From Perkinsus olseni (lineage: Eukaryota): a DNA stretch of 53,329 nt. The translations under genes were made by a program, and so were the position numbers. The notes under the pieces are model-generated. The model had not been told where the DNA came from and did not search any database. It worked only from the letters and a program-made list of their open reading frames with translations. The stretch is from the NCBI GenBank assembly GCA_013115125.1, contig JABANN010000202.1:1-53329 (forward strand), read 5' to 3'. This document shows positions 1 to 14,778 of the stretch, piece after piece. Positions within the stretch are counted from its first letter, which is position 1. Each line of letters begins with the position of its first letter.

Positions 1-67
<67 letters not shown>

Positions 68-68
68 G
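1..68. repeat. (TTG)n microsatellite at window/contig start
   Basis: Perfect TTG repeat seen directly. Confidence 0.95.
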
Positions 69-69
69 C

Positions 70-2470
70 TTTTTGCGCAATAATAACCTTTCAACTACAC
101 AGTCCCCTGTTTATCATCATCATCTCTATTGATATAACAATACTACTGCTCAGTCAATCTTGCTTTATCCTCCCTTAAACGTTCAACATGCTCCTCTAAT
201 TGAACGTTCTTCCGCTCGACTTTCGCTCTTGCTAACTTCTCATTGTCCAGTAGATACTGTACATCACCTGGCGTACCAGTCCAGTACGTCTTGAAGGACG
301 CCCCAACCTGCTGCTACATCCCATCGATGCTCAGCCATGATGCATCACCAAGCTTTACCTCCTCAGTGTTGTGAACGCTACGTTCAAGAGGCTCTTCTTG
401 CTGACTTCGTGTAGAAGCACCTTGAATTGATAGATCTCTCGCCTCCTCCTCCTCCTCCTCATCCTCCTTGTTGTTGTTGTTGTTGTTGTCGTTGTTGTAA
501 ATCTAAGAATAAGTACTATTAGCAGCACTTCTATCTACCTCCGGTAGATGGGGTCGTAGTCTAAGTGATTTGGAGTTCATTCGAGTTCATCATCATCCCA
601 CAACCACCCACTCTATCATCATTCGTCCAACACTTTCCCTTTGCGCATGATGGTGATGTCATGTTCTTCTTGCAGCTGTTCTTGTTGTTCATCATCATAC
701 TATTCAACTGCCCGTGTAGTCTACGTATCTACGAAGGAAGACACAACAAGAGAGGAGGGGAAGGGTAACCCTACAAAGCATTACTTCTTCCTTTAATTCT
801 GAGTTGTCGTGTTTGAGTGACGCAATCTGGTGGTTAGCATCATGTAGGTGATCTCTCATCATATCCAATGATTGTGTTGCAACGCGGGCTCTGTCGATGC
901 ACCTATGAGGGAGCACTATTCTCTATAGCACCATCCTTATTATCGTCGTTATTACATTTCCTTTTCAGTTTGCTGTTGTGTGAGCTCTATTAGTAGAGCT
1001 TCCCCAGCATTCCTCTCCTCGATAACAGCTCTTCTCAAGTCCTCGAATGATTGATATTCACGTAATAACTTCTTCAGTCTCCCTTCCTGAGTTGTTGTTC
1101 AATACTCTTCTATCACCTATTGACTATAAGGTACCTTATGAATATTATCAGCTCGAAGAGTGTCCATCCTTCGAGACTTCTGCTCGAGTCGACTGCTCAT
1201 CTTACCCAACTAAGTAGTACTACTACAGGTGATACATGTGACTACTACTGTACACGATTACTTCCACTTCAAGTTCTCTGTTCTTATCCTGCAGTTTACT
1301 GCTTTGCCGTAGTGCCCTTCTCAACTGCGTTCTCAAATTATGTTCTTGTGTTTCCGCTGCTTTATCCACCTATCAATTATGAAGGGTAGATTCTGACCAG
1401 TCATCATCATCATGCTACACCAATTTACATTATGAGTATCCATTTCCGGAGCATCTCTTGTGGCATCCACAAACTTCTCTCTCCACACGTTAGCCTATCA
1501 CTACGCAGTACTACGCGAGAGTACTACTGAGTGTATGTACCACCTCATGTGTAATGACTCCTATACGTGATTCCAATACTTCTATTCGTCCTACCAACTC
1601 ACTCTGATGTCTCTCTAGCGCTGTCTGCTTCGACTCGGATAAAGCCCTCCTAAGGAAGGTTAATACCATCATTGCTACCCTCCCTCGATAAACATCATAT
1701 TGCCAACTCATAACGATACTGCTGCTGCTGCTGCTGCTGCTGCTGATGTTTCTTTTTCACTTCATCTCCAGCTCTTTGCTCTTGATCCTCTCCACGTGTA
1801 AATCCTTATTCAATTCTTCAACTTTTGTGCGTAGCTGCAGGAGCTCCCCCTCCGATTCCCGTAACGCGTCCAATGATCTCCCTCCACTGAGTAAGCATGT
1901 CCATCTAAGTTGTACTATCATCATTATTATCACCTCTCCTTTGCCATGCACAGCTCCCGCTCAATACTCTTCAACTTTCCCTGCTCTCTGATAACATCGG
2001 CCGATCTAGCGTCCAATCTTCTATTTAAATCATCAACCCTACTCGTGTATCATCATCATGATGATCGGTGATACATGATACTACATATCTTCCAGTTTTG
2101 CTCTGCGTAATGACTCCTTCTCAAGTCGTTGTATGAGATTGGTAAACTTAACACAGAGATATCTAGGAGCATGAACACTACGTAGTGATAGTATTAGTAT
2201 TAGTAGTACCGGATATTATCATCAGCTGTTGTTTTTGTTGCTGGTTGTGTGGGCGGCCCTTTACCTCTTGTAATCCTCGATAGACATGATCCCAATACTC
2301 GATCATCGTAACTACGGTTGCTAGACCTGATGCATGGGTGTGGTGATAATATCATCATTAATGATGACCATACCAGTAGCGAGGATCTTGAGTAGCTGTA
2401 AAGGGAAGAGGAGGACGCATGGAGGCATACGATGCTGTGAACTCATCATCATCATTCGCTCCATTCTCCT
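70..2470 (-). CDS. Multi-exon coiled-coil hypothetical protein (3' end runs off the window)
   Basis: Minus-strand exons joined by GT-AG introns give heptad-rich peptides: SLDALRESEGELLQLRTKVEELNKDLHVERIKSKELEMK; ALERHQSELVGRIEVLESRI; QIASLKHDNSELKEE. Start uncertain. Confidence 0.65.
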
Positions 2471-2846
2471 AAAACTGCAGTAGAAGGCTTGCAGTAGGAT
2501 GTTGCCGGCAAACTGACCGGTATTCTGATGTTGTTGCCAAGGTCGTGAAGATCGTAAATATGGCGTACGACAGGCGACGGCGCTCCATTATCGCGGATTT
2601 GTGGTTCATTTATCATGATGATATGTACCGAGGGCTTCCCAAGTAGCAGCTACTATGTGATATCAACACCCTTTAACTGACAACAACTAACAACACAACA
2701 CTGCTGCTGCTGCTGGTCAATGACAACACCAAGAAGAATGACACTAAAGACTATGACCATGATGATGAGGGGCAGCATTATGCACTTGTAGTAGGATCCT
2801 TAGAATGTAAGGATCCTAAGGATGTGAGGCTTACATCATCATCATT

Positions 2847-5800
2847 TTAAATAACTTGCCGTTCATAAGACATTGTAGCCAAAGCTTTCCGTGCTAACTT
2901 AGCTTTGTCTATGTGTATAGCCGCTTCTTCAGCAGCCTTCAATCTGCACTCTATTGCCTCGGTATGAGCCCTTATACGCTCTATACGTCTATCATGTATA
3001 CTCGACTTCTTCACCTAAGGTAATGCACCATCGATATGGGTATTACCGCCGTTCATGATACTACTGCATCAGATATCTGAGGATTAATCGGGTCAGGCAC
3101 GTTCCCTTGACTTGTCCTATAAGTTGTCTTAAATCGTTGACCATCCGATATGTAGGATGCATTACAATCTACAGGGGAGTACAATGATAGATGATAGAGT
3201 AGTAGTGATGAATAGTAGCTTACTGCCAGGGAAGGGTTCTGTTATGAATCTGGTATCAGGATACATAGTACGGGAAAACCGTGTAGGAGGAGGAGGAGGA
3301 GGAGCATGATGGTGGTAGTGGTTGTTGTTGTAGTGATGACGACGACGACGACGGGCCAGCACCTGTATGGTATTTATGACCACCGTGATGATTGAATCCC
3401 CGACGTACATCGGATATTCGACCAACAACGACTCGTCCAGTGTGTGGGGATGGGCCACCATGAATAGGTGGTGATGACGACGATGGAGGAGCACTGTTTG
3501 TCCTACCATAGTACAGACCACCACCACCATCGTCATTATCATGTACAACCTGATTTGTATTAAGTTGGGTGTAAGGCAAGAACATTATAGTTGTCGTTGC
3601 ATACTGAGCATGATTATTACCCCAACCAACTGCCTCTGCATAGAGTCCATGATAGATCCATTATCAAGTATGAAGTTTCGACTGAACTGCCCTATATCAA
3701 CCGAACCTGTGGTATAGAAATAACAATACTACTACCCATGATGAGCCTGTGAGCTGTATAACTCTTATTAATTATCATATCGACTACTAATAATACTACT
3801 ACCTAGGTTCAGTTCCCCCCCTTCCAGCACTTTAAGCATCGCCATTTGATCAGATCTATCAAGAGGCACATTATAATGTTCAACACTTGATCGAATATCC
3901 GATAATGATATATAACCGTCACCATCACGATCAAGTTTGTTGAATATCTGAAGGAAACGATTGTATTGATTGATGGTAGCAGCAGCAATGGTGAGTACAT
4001 TGACAGCCTTCAGTTTACCGCCACCACCACCACTTGGATTGTCCTTCTTCCCTAGTGCTTCATTTAACACCTCCATTGCATATCTTCCTTGCCAGTATCT
4101 TATGGTTGGGAAGGCTACAACAGGCACCACCACAAGGAGCACTAGTAATATTATTACTTATCATTATCGAGTATTTCACCCTGCGTAGAATCCTTGGATG
4201 GTCTCAAACGTCTAACTGCTCTATCATCCAAGGCATCAGGTCTGATGATGATGATGTACTCAACTATTGCTGCTCCTCCTGGTAGTGTGGCCTTTACCCA
4301 TCCATAATCATCTTATCATCCGTACATGTCTTTAAGAAGTCCTCGACGTCAACGTAGCCGTCCTTGTCAGATACCCTAACGGTTACCTCCTTGAAGTAAT
4401 GACTACTACAACTTACAGGGTTGCCACTAGAGATTCAATATCACTACGCTTAATACGGGGTAGTACTGGCGGATGATGATGATGATGGTCGGTATTATTA
4501 GACGGGGGGATGCGGTGGGGGAAAGAAGGAGAATAGTCTGCAATGTTGATGATGATAATAACAGTGCTGATGATGATGGTGATGTTGATAGTTATGATGC
4601 GTTAGTGTCATCTTACTCGTCATTCGTTTTCTCTTAGTAGTATTATTATCATGTTTTGGCTTGATAGTCTGATGTATTATATTAATAAGGTCTTCCCGCG
4701 CTATTCTCCGAGCTCCATTATTTAGTTTACGTATCCTATCACTCACCTGCATAATACTAGATATAATTACTACCATCCTTCTACCAACTGTTGATATCAT
4801 AAGAATGATAACGTACAGTACATGATGACCCATCATAACTACTCACCAGATTCATGTTCCTATCATCATCATCATACTTCGACAAGGCTCTGTGGGCTCT
4901 CATCGCCTTGGCACGTATAAACCTGATGATGATGATGATGATGATGTTAGAGTGGCATAGTGGGTAATACCCACTGGGTATGAACTCTATAATGATCATT
5001 ACTCTTTGTAATTGAGTGTTTTGAATGAACATTGATGAGGCCTATGAGGCAGTTCAACTTGTCGATTCACCAATTTATCGCATACTAATATTACCTAGTA
5101 CATGAACAGTGAGTCCATCGAAGAGGAGCACAAGCCTGGACCAGGCGTCATCATTATCGCCCCTACATCGTCTTGTTGTTGTTGTTGTTGATGATGCCCC
5201 TGATGTTTGTCTCTGAATTTATCCAATAAGAGTATTGGGTCCTCCTTACCATCAGTCAGTTCGTACAGTCTCCTGTCCTCACATTCTCTACCTGTTCTTA
5301 TCACCTGTTCTACCCTCGTCTCAGGTGTACACTTACGTTTAGCTCCCTGTGTATAAGGTGGGGTTGGTGGTCTATATTCATTCTCAATTTCTATTGTTTG
5401 CTTCATAAAATCCCGCCAATCTACTAAACCTTCATTTATCAGTCGTTTGGACTGGGTAGTGTCTGATAAGGGATACGATGATGATGAGGTGATGGTGGTG
5501 GTGGTTGTCATAGAGAGTATCTTCGTGACCTTTATTATTGAGTGATGATGATGAGAATTGTGAGGACCATAACATGTCAAGAGCTTCCTTTGATGCATGT
5601 CGAATAGCCGACAGTATAACAGTATTAAACTCATCCTTATTAACCAGGTATCTGCCACAACTCCCTCTTCATCGATATCATCAGTATTTTACGTATTACT
5701 TTCTATCCCGCTTGACGATGGCATCGAACTTACGTCCCAGAATAGGAGCTACAAGGAAGACCGAGGCATAATAATGGGGCATCATCATCCGACAGTATTG

Positions 5801-6241
5801 GTAATGTTCTTCTTGTCACTACCTTTCCTCGCTATATCCATGAACAATGATTTAGTGATATTACGTACATGACGTCCACGTGCCACCTGGCGGGGATTAT
5901 TAACACCCAATTCTACGTCCGGCGAGTATATCAATTCACAGAATTCATCATAGGTGATACCATCCTAAACAGCCATGCAGCCGGTGTAATAGTGGTGGTG
6001 GTGATGGTGATGGTTATACATTATTATCCTTATCAACTGCATGAATCATTAGATCAGCTTCCATCTTCGTTAACATTATACCCATCCTTTCGAATACTCT
6101 CAACTATTAAAGATGATCATGATACTCCTACGGTCCATCTCACCGGCCTACCAAATCCCTCGATCTAACCATACTATCTCTGTTCCTCGCTGCACTACGG
6201 AAGACCCTGAATAATGATCATCATCACTCTGAGTGATGCCC

Positions 6242-6286
<45 letters not shown>

Positions 6287-7767
6287 CAGTACTGTAATAG
6301 TGCTGGCCTAGCAGCGTATCTCTGCCTTGTGGCTTCGCGTACTCTAGTAGCCCTTTTGATGGCTTCTGATTTGGTTTGATGTATTGGCCTGTATGCTAAA
6401 TCAGGCAAATGGATCGGTCTTATCTAAAGCTGATGGTAATAGAAGTATAATAATACCATAGCATCCTCACTTGATAATCATTTACAGGAGTATCATCAAT
6501 AGCTTCGACCATGGTGCCATCATCTGTATCATAATCATTACCAACTGATGATGGTGACGATGCTGCTGTTGTGGTTGTGGGATCCTCAGTGTTTGTGTTA
6601 TTATTGTTTGGATATGTAGTAGCCCTCATCAATCTATCAGTTCCCTTCATACGTTTGGACACCATAGTTGAATCTTCACTATTCCACACATTCATCCCCC
6701 GACCTATCATCACACGACATCATTACAATATCCTCATAATGAGAACTACTACCTTTATGTAAAGGCAAACGATATATTTGGGATGCATCAAACCAATGTT
6801 TAGGTTGTGTATTGCTTTTCTTAGTAGTCTCATGTATAGATGGTAATGTTGTCCTTGTTGTTGGTAGTACTATCGTGGTGTTCTTATTATCCTCGTTATC
6901 TGTAGCATGTAAAGGTGGTGCATGTATTATCGGTATATTCTGAGATATCACGGCATTATGATAACTACTACTAGCCTGCTGCTGTTGCTGCTGCTAAGCA
7001 TCATCAACATCGGCTCTATCACCACCACCACCTACATTCTGATACTCCTCATATTTCGTGTCATCCTTCATTACCCGACCGATACCAAATAATGATATGT
7101 TCTAATAATAAACAAGTGTACCCGATAATGTAAAAGTTATCGTTACATTTGGGTAAGCCCCTCTTTCCGAGATATCTTTATCCTTATTATATACACTAGT
7201 AGTCATTATCAACCTACTACCCTGATCTGCTTTACACCTGTAAAAGCACCGGCACTTTATGTTACGATTGATGTGTTATTATACTACATTTCCTTTTCCT
7301 TATACGCCATCCCTGTGGCACCTGGTGTAAAGTCCTTGTGCCCAACCCCTGATATTGTTATTGGCACCTATTACTGTTGATAGTCCTATCATGTTAATGA
7401 CTATGATACTACCTGATGGTCTGTATGATAATCCATCATTCTATTAGTATAACTTCGTATTGTCATCATCTTCTTATCATTACTATAACTATTATCCCCA
7501 TAACCATTCATCATCATCAACCCCCCATTCCGGACCACTAACAGTATAATCATCAACAGTAACAATAACAAGAAGGACTCCTTACTGATATCATGAGTGG
7601 TATCTTTATTAGATACACCACTTAGATGATGACGGTCCTTCCGTTTACTATTACGCCCATATAAACCACCACCACCGTCAGTCGACATCACCACCATTAT
7701 TACTGATTCCCAAAGAGTACGTTTGTGTTCCTCCACTATGACCCGTCGATGACATCGCGCACGCCAT
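2847..7767 (-). CDS. Large multi-exon EF-hand protein
   Basis: EF-hand loops FNKLDRDGDGYISLSDI (3.9 kb), DKDGYVDVEDF (4.35 kb), GLVDWRDF (5.42 kb), GSVDIGQF (3.69 kb). Last exon ends ...MSYERQVI* at 2847. Could be two genes. Confidence 0.65.
6242..6286. repeat. (TGA)n/(CAT)n microsatellite (intronic)
   Basis: Seen directly. Confidence 0.9.
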
Positions 7768-7858
7768 TGTGATCGATATTTATACTTGTCGTTCTGTGTA
7801 TGTTAATAATTGCCTTTGGGGTTGTTGTTGTTGGTGGGGTATTACGTCATTACCATCA

Positions 7859-10800
7859 ATGAGTACATCAGCAGGAGGGATTAATCCTGATATATTATCA
7901 ACATTAAGTAATGCATTAGATAATGGTAGTAGTAGTGATAATAATGTACAACAACAGGTAGTAATACACTTTAGTCGGTATTATTATCACTATCATCATT
8001 CTTCAGGTCATGCATACTCTAACTGAGTTATCTAATAATCTTGGACCAGATGTAATGTCACGATATTTGGTTATAGTATTTGCATCAAAAGACAAGGCGC
8101 ATTCACCCTATACAAGACAACGTGCTGGTCTGTTATTAAAGAATACTATACAAACCAATAAACAGGTTATAATACCATGTAATTCATGCTTGTTACAATC
8201 CGTATTTCAGATGGTTATAACATCATCAATAAAATCAGCTATCTTGGAAGCATCACGTGACAGTGATGCTGGTGTAAGATCAACAGCATCAACTCTCATT
8301 GCCACTATTGTATCTGTACATGGGGTTGGATCGTGGCCTGATTGCATGCATACGTTGGCTAATGGTCTGGCTGATTCATCGATAGATGTTGTTGATGGAT
8401 CTTTCAAAGCACTCAAGTATGTATGTGAAGATGGAGTTGAGATATATAGACAACAATTATTATCACATCAAAGGGAGGCGGTAGTAGTAGTAGCGTCTAT
8501 GCCATTAACAACAACAGCATCGTCATCGTAGTCATCGTGTAGTGATGATATTAGGCAATATCTTCCCCTTTCATCGAGTTTGCTGATAAAGATCTAATAC
8601 CTAAACTATTGGAAGTTTGTACCACTCCAGCCGCACCCGATAAGTAATAAGAACAGTACTACCAGTGCTGCTGCTGCTGCTGCTGGTGGTAGTAGTAGTA
8701 CTGCGGTTATGTATTCAGCAGGTACAGGGCGCTATCCCTTAATATATTACATTTATTTGTGTGCTCATTCCTACTCATGCCGGGTGCTACTAGATTAGAT
8801 CATCACATGGAAGCATACTTCAACTCATTGGGTGCTTTGGCCGCTGAAAGCCATAATCCTTCCGGTAACGCGATATACCCGTTTACTCTTGTCCCGATCA
8901 TACCTGATCATGTTGCTGAATCAGTTTTGAAGGAGGTCTGCATCGGTTTCGTGCATTGTGCCAATCATCAACCTGATCTATTGGAGTCCCATCTACCACA
9001 GATCATGCAGTTTATGTTGGCTACATCAAGTAGTAGTTCATTACACTAACTACCTCTATTAGCTACCTCATCAGGTCAATCATCACCAGTAGAAGTGCGT
9101 AGAGAAGCATTAGAGTTCTGGCCAGCAGTCTGTCTTAATACACAATGGTTGGCTAATATACAATCACCAGATAGTCTCAGGGTTATATTACCAACGTTAC
9201 TGGTAGTAATTATCATTATCATCACAACAACAACCATCATCATCATCATCCATTCTTAGTCCAATATGGTGTATGCTAAAGAGGACTTTGAATCAATGGA
9301 GAGTGGGTTGGTAGGGGATGATTCCCATGTACAGGACGAACCACATGATACAGCACCAATCTTCCATCAAGTAGTATTGCTCCTACCACCTACGATTCCT
9401 CCATCTTACTAATGCATCATTAATAATAGGATCGATCAACCCGTGGCGCAGGAGGAGATGGTGATAATGATGATAGTGATGATAGTGGTGATGAGGAGGA
9501 TAGAGCTGTCGGAGGGGAAGGTAACAACATCCTAATATCATGCTGCCTTGATGACACATGCTGCTGCTCATCATTATCAGCTCATGGTGGACGGGGTAAT
9601 ATGTCTACATGGGGTAATGAGTGGACAGTGAGGAAGGCTGCTGCCAATGCGTAATAACAACAGGCTCAACATCATCAACATCATCATCATCATGATCATT
9701 ACTGTTGTTATCGATCAGTCTGGATAATATAGCGAGTGCTCTGAATGACGAGATATTACCCATCCTGCTACCACTTATAGAGAAAGGCCTCACCAATACT
9801 TCAGGTATGTATCCATCTTCATGCCGTTAGTCGCCCGTCCTCTACGTGATGTTGTTAGATTGGCAACAACAAGAAGCATCCGTCTTAGCAGTAGGAGCTA
9901 TCGCACATGGTTGTGAGAGTGGTTTGGGTCGACATATGGATACATTGTTACCATTATTGATACAGGTAATAACAACAACAACGATAATGGTGGTGCCGCT
10001 CATCATCATCATCATCCTCTTGTTATTCATCAGACAACTCAATCTAATCAACCACTATTACGTTCTATTGGTTGTTGGGCATTAGGAAGGTTTGCCCGAT
10101 GGCTGGCAGCACAGCAGGATATCACTGCACTCAAATCAGCTACTACTGCAATATTACAGAGGTAATGCTGCTGTTGCTGGTCGGGGATAATACCATATAC
10201 TGTGCAGATGTGTTGACAAGAATAAACGAGTACAAGAGGCTGCGATATCAGCCTTAGCTGGGCTAATTGAGGAGAGTGGTCATCGTATTAGGGAAGATGA
10301 AGATCTTATTAATAAAATAATACAGGTTTTCAAGATAGCCATTAGATTGTAATAATAACAACAACCAATCCACTACTACTAGTAGTAGTATCATCAATAC
10401 GTACACTTGTTGTTATTATTATCAGTTACCAATATAAGAATCTACTCATACTATTGGATGCTATTGGAACTTTAGTCGGGGCTGTTGGTGCTGATGTATT
10501 ATCAAAGATACCATCAATGGGTATGGAGTTAATTCCTACCATGGTACAGAGGTTGACAATGGTAGTAGGCGACACGTAGGCTGTACGCTGTTGTTGGATG
10601 ATATTCTTATCATCATTAGGTTAATAATGATAACGATAAATGTTTAATATCTCTCCTAGAAGCATTGACACCCATACTATGGTCACCCGAACTAGCATGT
10701 AAACTAGGACAAGACGGTGTCACAATGGTGAGAATAACAACACGATGCTCCTCCTCCTCCCCCTCGTCGTTACAACATCACTCAGGTTGTTAACCGTTGT

Positions 10801-11586
10801 GGACGTATAATACAAGGTTATCTTCAATATATACAATTACCTCAGCATGATCAACAACAAAAGAGTAGCGATAGCGTTGCCCTTGAATGGCTTGTGCATG
10901 CAATACGGTAGAGTAGAGTATTCCTATCAGATGCCGTTGATGATGATACTGGAGTTGATGCTGATATCGTAGCAGCAGCATTGGACTGTCTATCTGCTGT
11001 CGCTGAGGGTTTACACGCATCACAGATATTGAGTGGTAGTATTAGCATGATCATCATCATGTAGTAGGGTGGTGATGATGTTGGTTATTTTGGTTGTTCT
11101 CAGGTGTTGTACCAATAGTTTTACGTCTTATACAATCAACAACAGTGAGATCGGTTAGTATACCATCACAAGTTACTCAACCTGTCTATGCATTATTAGG
11201 CGATTTATCGAGGTAACAACTGGTATCCCCTATTACTAATCAGGTTCAACGCCTTAGGTATTGTATGATTCTAGTAGCACCACATCTATCAATGGTATTA
11301 CCAGCCAGTATTCAGTACATGGATAATGCATCTTACAGTACATGCAATAATGCTATATGGGCTATTGGAGAGATCTGTGTCGCAATAGCTGCTAACAATG
11401 ATGTCAAAGATTTCGATATCAAACCGTAATGATGATTATGATGAGTCAGTAATGCTGCCATTGATGTATTGTTGAAGGTACGCTAATGTGATATCGAGTA
11501 AACTAACATCAATATTGGAGACTGGGCACCTACAACGACCACTGTTGATACAGAATGCTGCCATCACTTTTGGAAGACTAGCTTTG

Positions 11587-11619
<33 letters not shown>

Positions 11620-12069
11620 ATCTGGTATGATAAGGGCATTATTGTCGTGTTAGGTATGCCCCGATGAGATTGGACATAATGCATTACCATCAGCCATCCT
11701 ACCATGGTGTGTAGCGGCATCACAGATGAGGAATGATACAGAGAAGGCGCATGCTATACATGGTATATGTCTAGCATTACAGGCTAACCCATCATGTGCC
11801 ATGGCACCAGATCGACTATCTGGTATACTATCAGTAGCAGCATCATTATACCCCCCTCCACCACCATCACCAACTACGACTGATGTACATGATGCTATAC
11901 AGATGTGTCATCAATTGGTACATGGTTATAAATCAGCATTATCCAAGGATGATTGGGCTAGGTAGGATGATGATAAGAAGTGTATCACTATTGTTGGGTA
12001 TTGTTCAGGTTATGGAACAGTTTACCTAATGATACACAATATAAGTTGACATGTATTTATGCATTTTGA
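7859..12069 (+). CDS. TNPO1: Transportin-1 / karyopherin beta-2 (HEAT repeats), multi-exon
   Basis: Motifs TRQRAGLLLKN; VRSTASTLIATIV; acidic H8 loop (DDSHVQDEPHDTAPIFH); EWTVRKAAANALD; QEASVLAVGAIAHGC; YQYKNLLILLDAIGTL; TCNNAIWAIGEI; LIQNAAITFGRL. Confidence 0.9.
11587..11619. repeat. (GTA)n microsatellite starting exactly at an intron donor
   Basis: Intron 11587-11653 starts gtagtagtagtag... Confidence 0.85.
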
Positions 12070-12430
12070 TGTCTTATAATCATGCTAATCATCTACCACT
12101 GGCAAGACATAGCCCCATCATCATCCTCCTCCTCATTATGGTATATCCAGTAACGTATTGACTATCACTACTATTGCATCATCATCATCATTATAATGAC
12201 TAACAACAAGTTGTAGCTTATTATTACTAATAGTAGCAGTAGCTCACATCCTACCTATAATAATAATCATCATCAGCCGTAATAGTATTATAACAACATC
12301 AACATCAACAACAGTCCTCATCAACCTTGTTGTTGTTGTTCTATAATAATCGTTCCATTACTGCCTATTACCCAATCGTTTCCTGCTATTATCAATCATT
12401 CATGCAACGCGTTGACAGTCATTAATTACT

Positions 12431-12442
12431 GGGCGAGCGCTA
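12431..12442 (+). promoter_or_regulatory. Candidate upstream motif GGGCGAGCGCTA (copy 1)
   Basis: Identical 12-mer at 29833 and 42894; all three are intergenic and upstream of gene starts. Confidence 0.45.
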
Positions 12443-12501
12443 AATGGTATGCACGAAGAAAGCATCATTATTGTCTTGTTAGTAGTCATCGCATCATCAT
12501 C

Positions 12502-13898
12502 ATGGTAAAGTATGACAGTAGAACAACAAGGAGGGCCATATTCCAGGTACGACTTATCATCATTATTATCATCACCCATAATCATAATCATGGTCATGAT
12601 TATTAGGTTACTTTGACGGTAACAACGTTTGCTACGGCCATTGGCAGCTTCATTGCACTTATATTGTTCCAAGCATTCTTAACCGATTTGAGTGATAATT
12701 TTAAAGGAGAGTTGACATCCAAGTAATATATGATAATATCATCATGATCATCATATTAACAAGAGTTGCATTATTGTCACAGATACTTACCTTGTGTAAG
12801 ACATACCCTGAGTGAATGTGATAATACTATTATTGATAAATGTTGGGATCGTTGCTGCCCTACTGGGTAGTACTAACCCTCACTGCTGCTTTTGCTGGTG
12901 TTGTTGGTAGTGTTATTGATAGGTATGTGTGTGAGATATCCCCAGTAGTAGGGTTATTATGTAAAGATGGGGTATCGAGGTGTGGAGGGTGTCCAGGGAT
13001 AGCATCAATATTGGGGCATAACAACAGTAATGTTTATACATGATGTAATGATTACTACTATTCCTATTAGATAATAACTATCCGAGTAGTAGTATTACAA
13101 CAGTAGAGCCAGTAATGCTCACCACCGAGACAACAGCAGCTATGAAGACTGAAGAAGAGTGTCAAGCCGCGTTCACATGGTGTCGTGATTTTGCTGATGT
13201 ATCAGGTCAATGCCGCACTAAGGTCGTACTGCCACTAGTAGTGGTGGTCGTATTATCATCATCATACTCATCAGGTATGTATTGATCATAAGCTAATCGA
13301 GAATATGACCTTGGCTGCCTTTGTACTGGCAGGCTTGGCTCTTATATTAGACATTATTGATATGGTAATACTAGGAGTAGGAGTAAGAGGAGGAATGCTT
13401 ATTATTATAAGTAATCCGTGTGTCAGGTTATATTCGTAGCTACGCCGGACTCTGTCATTCTCAAGAGTTTTATCAATTTATCGTCAAGTTGTATCAAATG
13501 GGTAGGCAGCAACAGCAGCAACAGCAGCAACAGCCATGATCATGCATAGTGTCGTCATGATGATAGGTAGCATTCGGAGTTGTATTAGGGTCCGGGGCTG
13601 ATCAGTTCATGTCTGATGTAATAATTATCACCATCACTATCAGGCTAGCCTTCCTAATAGTACTTATTAGTTACAATCAGCAGAATGCTTTAATGATGAC
13701 GGTGCGGCATTAGTATCATCAACATCGAGTGTTCTTACCTCATTCCTGGTCATAATGTCATTATCCGCGATACTAAGTATGGTTATGGCGCCTACTAGTG
13801 CATATTATGGAGGTATCACCACTACTTGTACTGCTATTACTGCTGTTGTGGTACTATCAGGTAAATTAGTCGGTGCTCCCTATGTCTCCACAAGATGA
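12502..13898 (+). CDS. Multi-pass membrane protein with Cys-rich loop, multi-exon
   Basis: Spliced: MVKYDSRTTRRAIFQ/VTLTVTTFATAIGSFIALILFQAFL (TM)...KCWDRCCPTG/YVCEISPVVGLLCKDG...AAFVLAGLALILDII (TM)...FLVIMSLSAILSMVMAP (TM)...GKLVGAPYVSTR*. Confidence 0.75.
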
Positions 13899-13957
13899 TA
13901 TCCACCCAATACCATCACTACTATCATCAGTCATCATCATCATCCTCGCGTAGTAGC

Positions 13958-14659
13958 ATGTTACATAGAACGGTTGTTAATAGTAGACTGGCCATTGTGT
14001 TGTCCAGCCTGGTACACAGTAGTACAGTTATTAAGGTTCCACGTGATGACGATGATGATGCCTAGCTCTTCCGCTGCCCCACTAATCACTACTACCAGCA
14101 GCAGTAATAGACGTAGAACCCCATCACCATTACCGACTGATGGTCCGGGTAGAGGCAGTATGGAAGAAGTAATGATGATGAGCATGTTACTTGGGTCATC
14201 ATCATCATCATCATCATCATCATACCCCTCAGGTATGGCATAGACTATGTAGCAGGGTGCATGATCTATCCATACACAAGGAGGAGGTGAGGAGGGTATC
14301 TATGGAGCTTAGAGATAAGATAATCATACAAAATAATAAACTTGATGAAAGGAGGGATCACATGGGGAGGACTAATAGTCGAGAGGAGGTAAACGAGCGT
14401 GTGTCAACTAATGCGTACTAGTATTATGCAGGGCCATGACAAGATCAGGGCTAGTGATAGGAGGATACTAAAAGTATTACTGGATACACTACAGTCGTTG
14501 GTAGTATCTTCTAGTAGCGATGGACCATCACCATCGCATAATAATATGATTATTACAGCACTTAATGCAGTGATTGATAATACGTCAGCATCTAATGATA
14601 CAAGAGATAAGGCTATGATAATACTCTCATCCTTTATTAAACAAGGGCAACATGTCTGA
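13958..14659 (+). CDS. Short hypothetical protein, multi-exon
   Basis: Plus-strand ORF pieces (VHDLSIHKEEVRRVSMELRDKII; RRILKVLLDTLQSL...SFIKQGQHV*) bounded by GT/AG. Confidence 0.45.
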
Positions 14660-14778
14660 CATGCCTACCAATGTTGTTCAATACCAATTATTACACCACA
14701 ATCATCATTTTTATTTACTAGTTAATCAATATAGGCCTACTACCACCTACAATTATTAAAGAAGGTAGGGATGATATA

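Noticed and set aside
1-68. Terminal (TTG)n as telomere (also 53259-53329)
   Set aside because: Same orientation at both ends, the same repeat occurs internally (29456), and genes are cut at both ends. These are assembly breaks at microsatellites.
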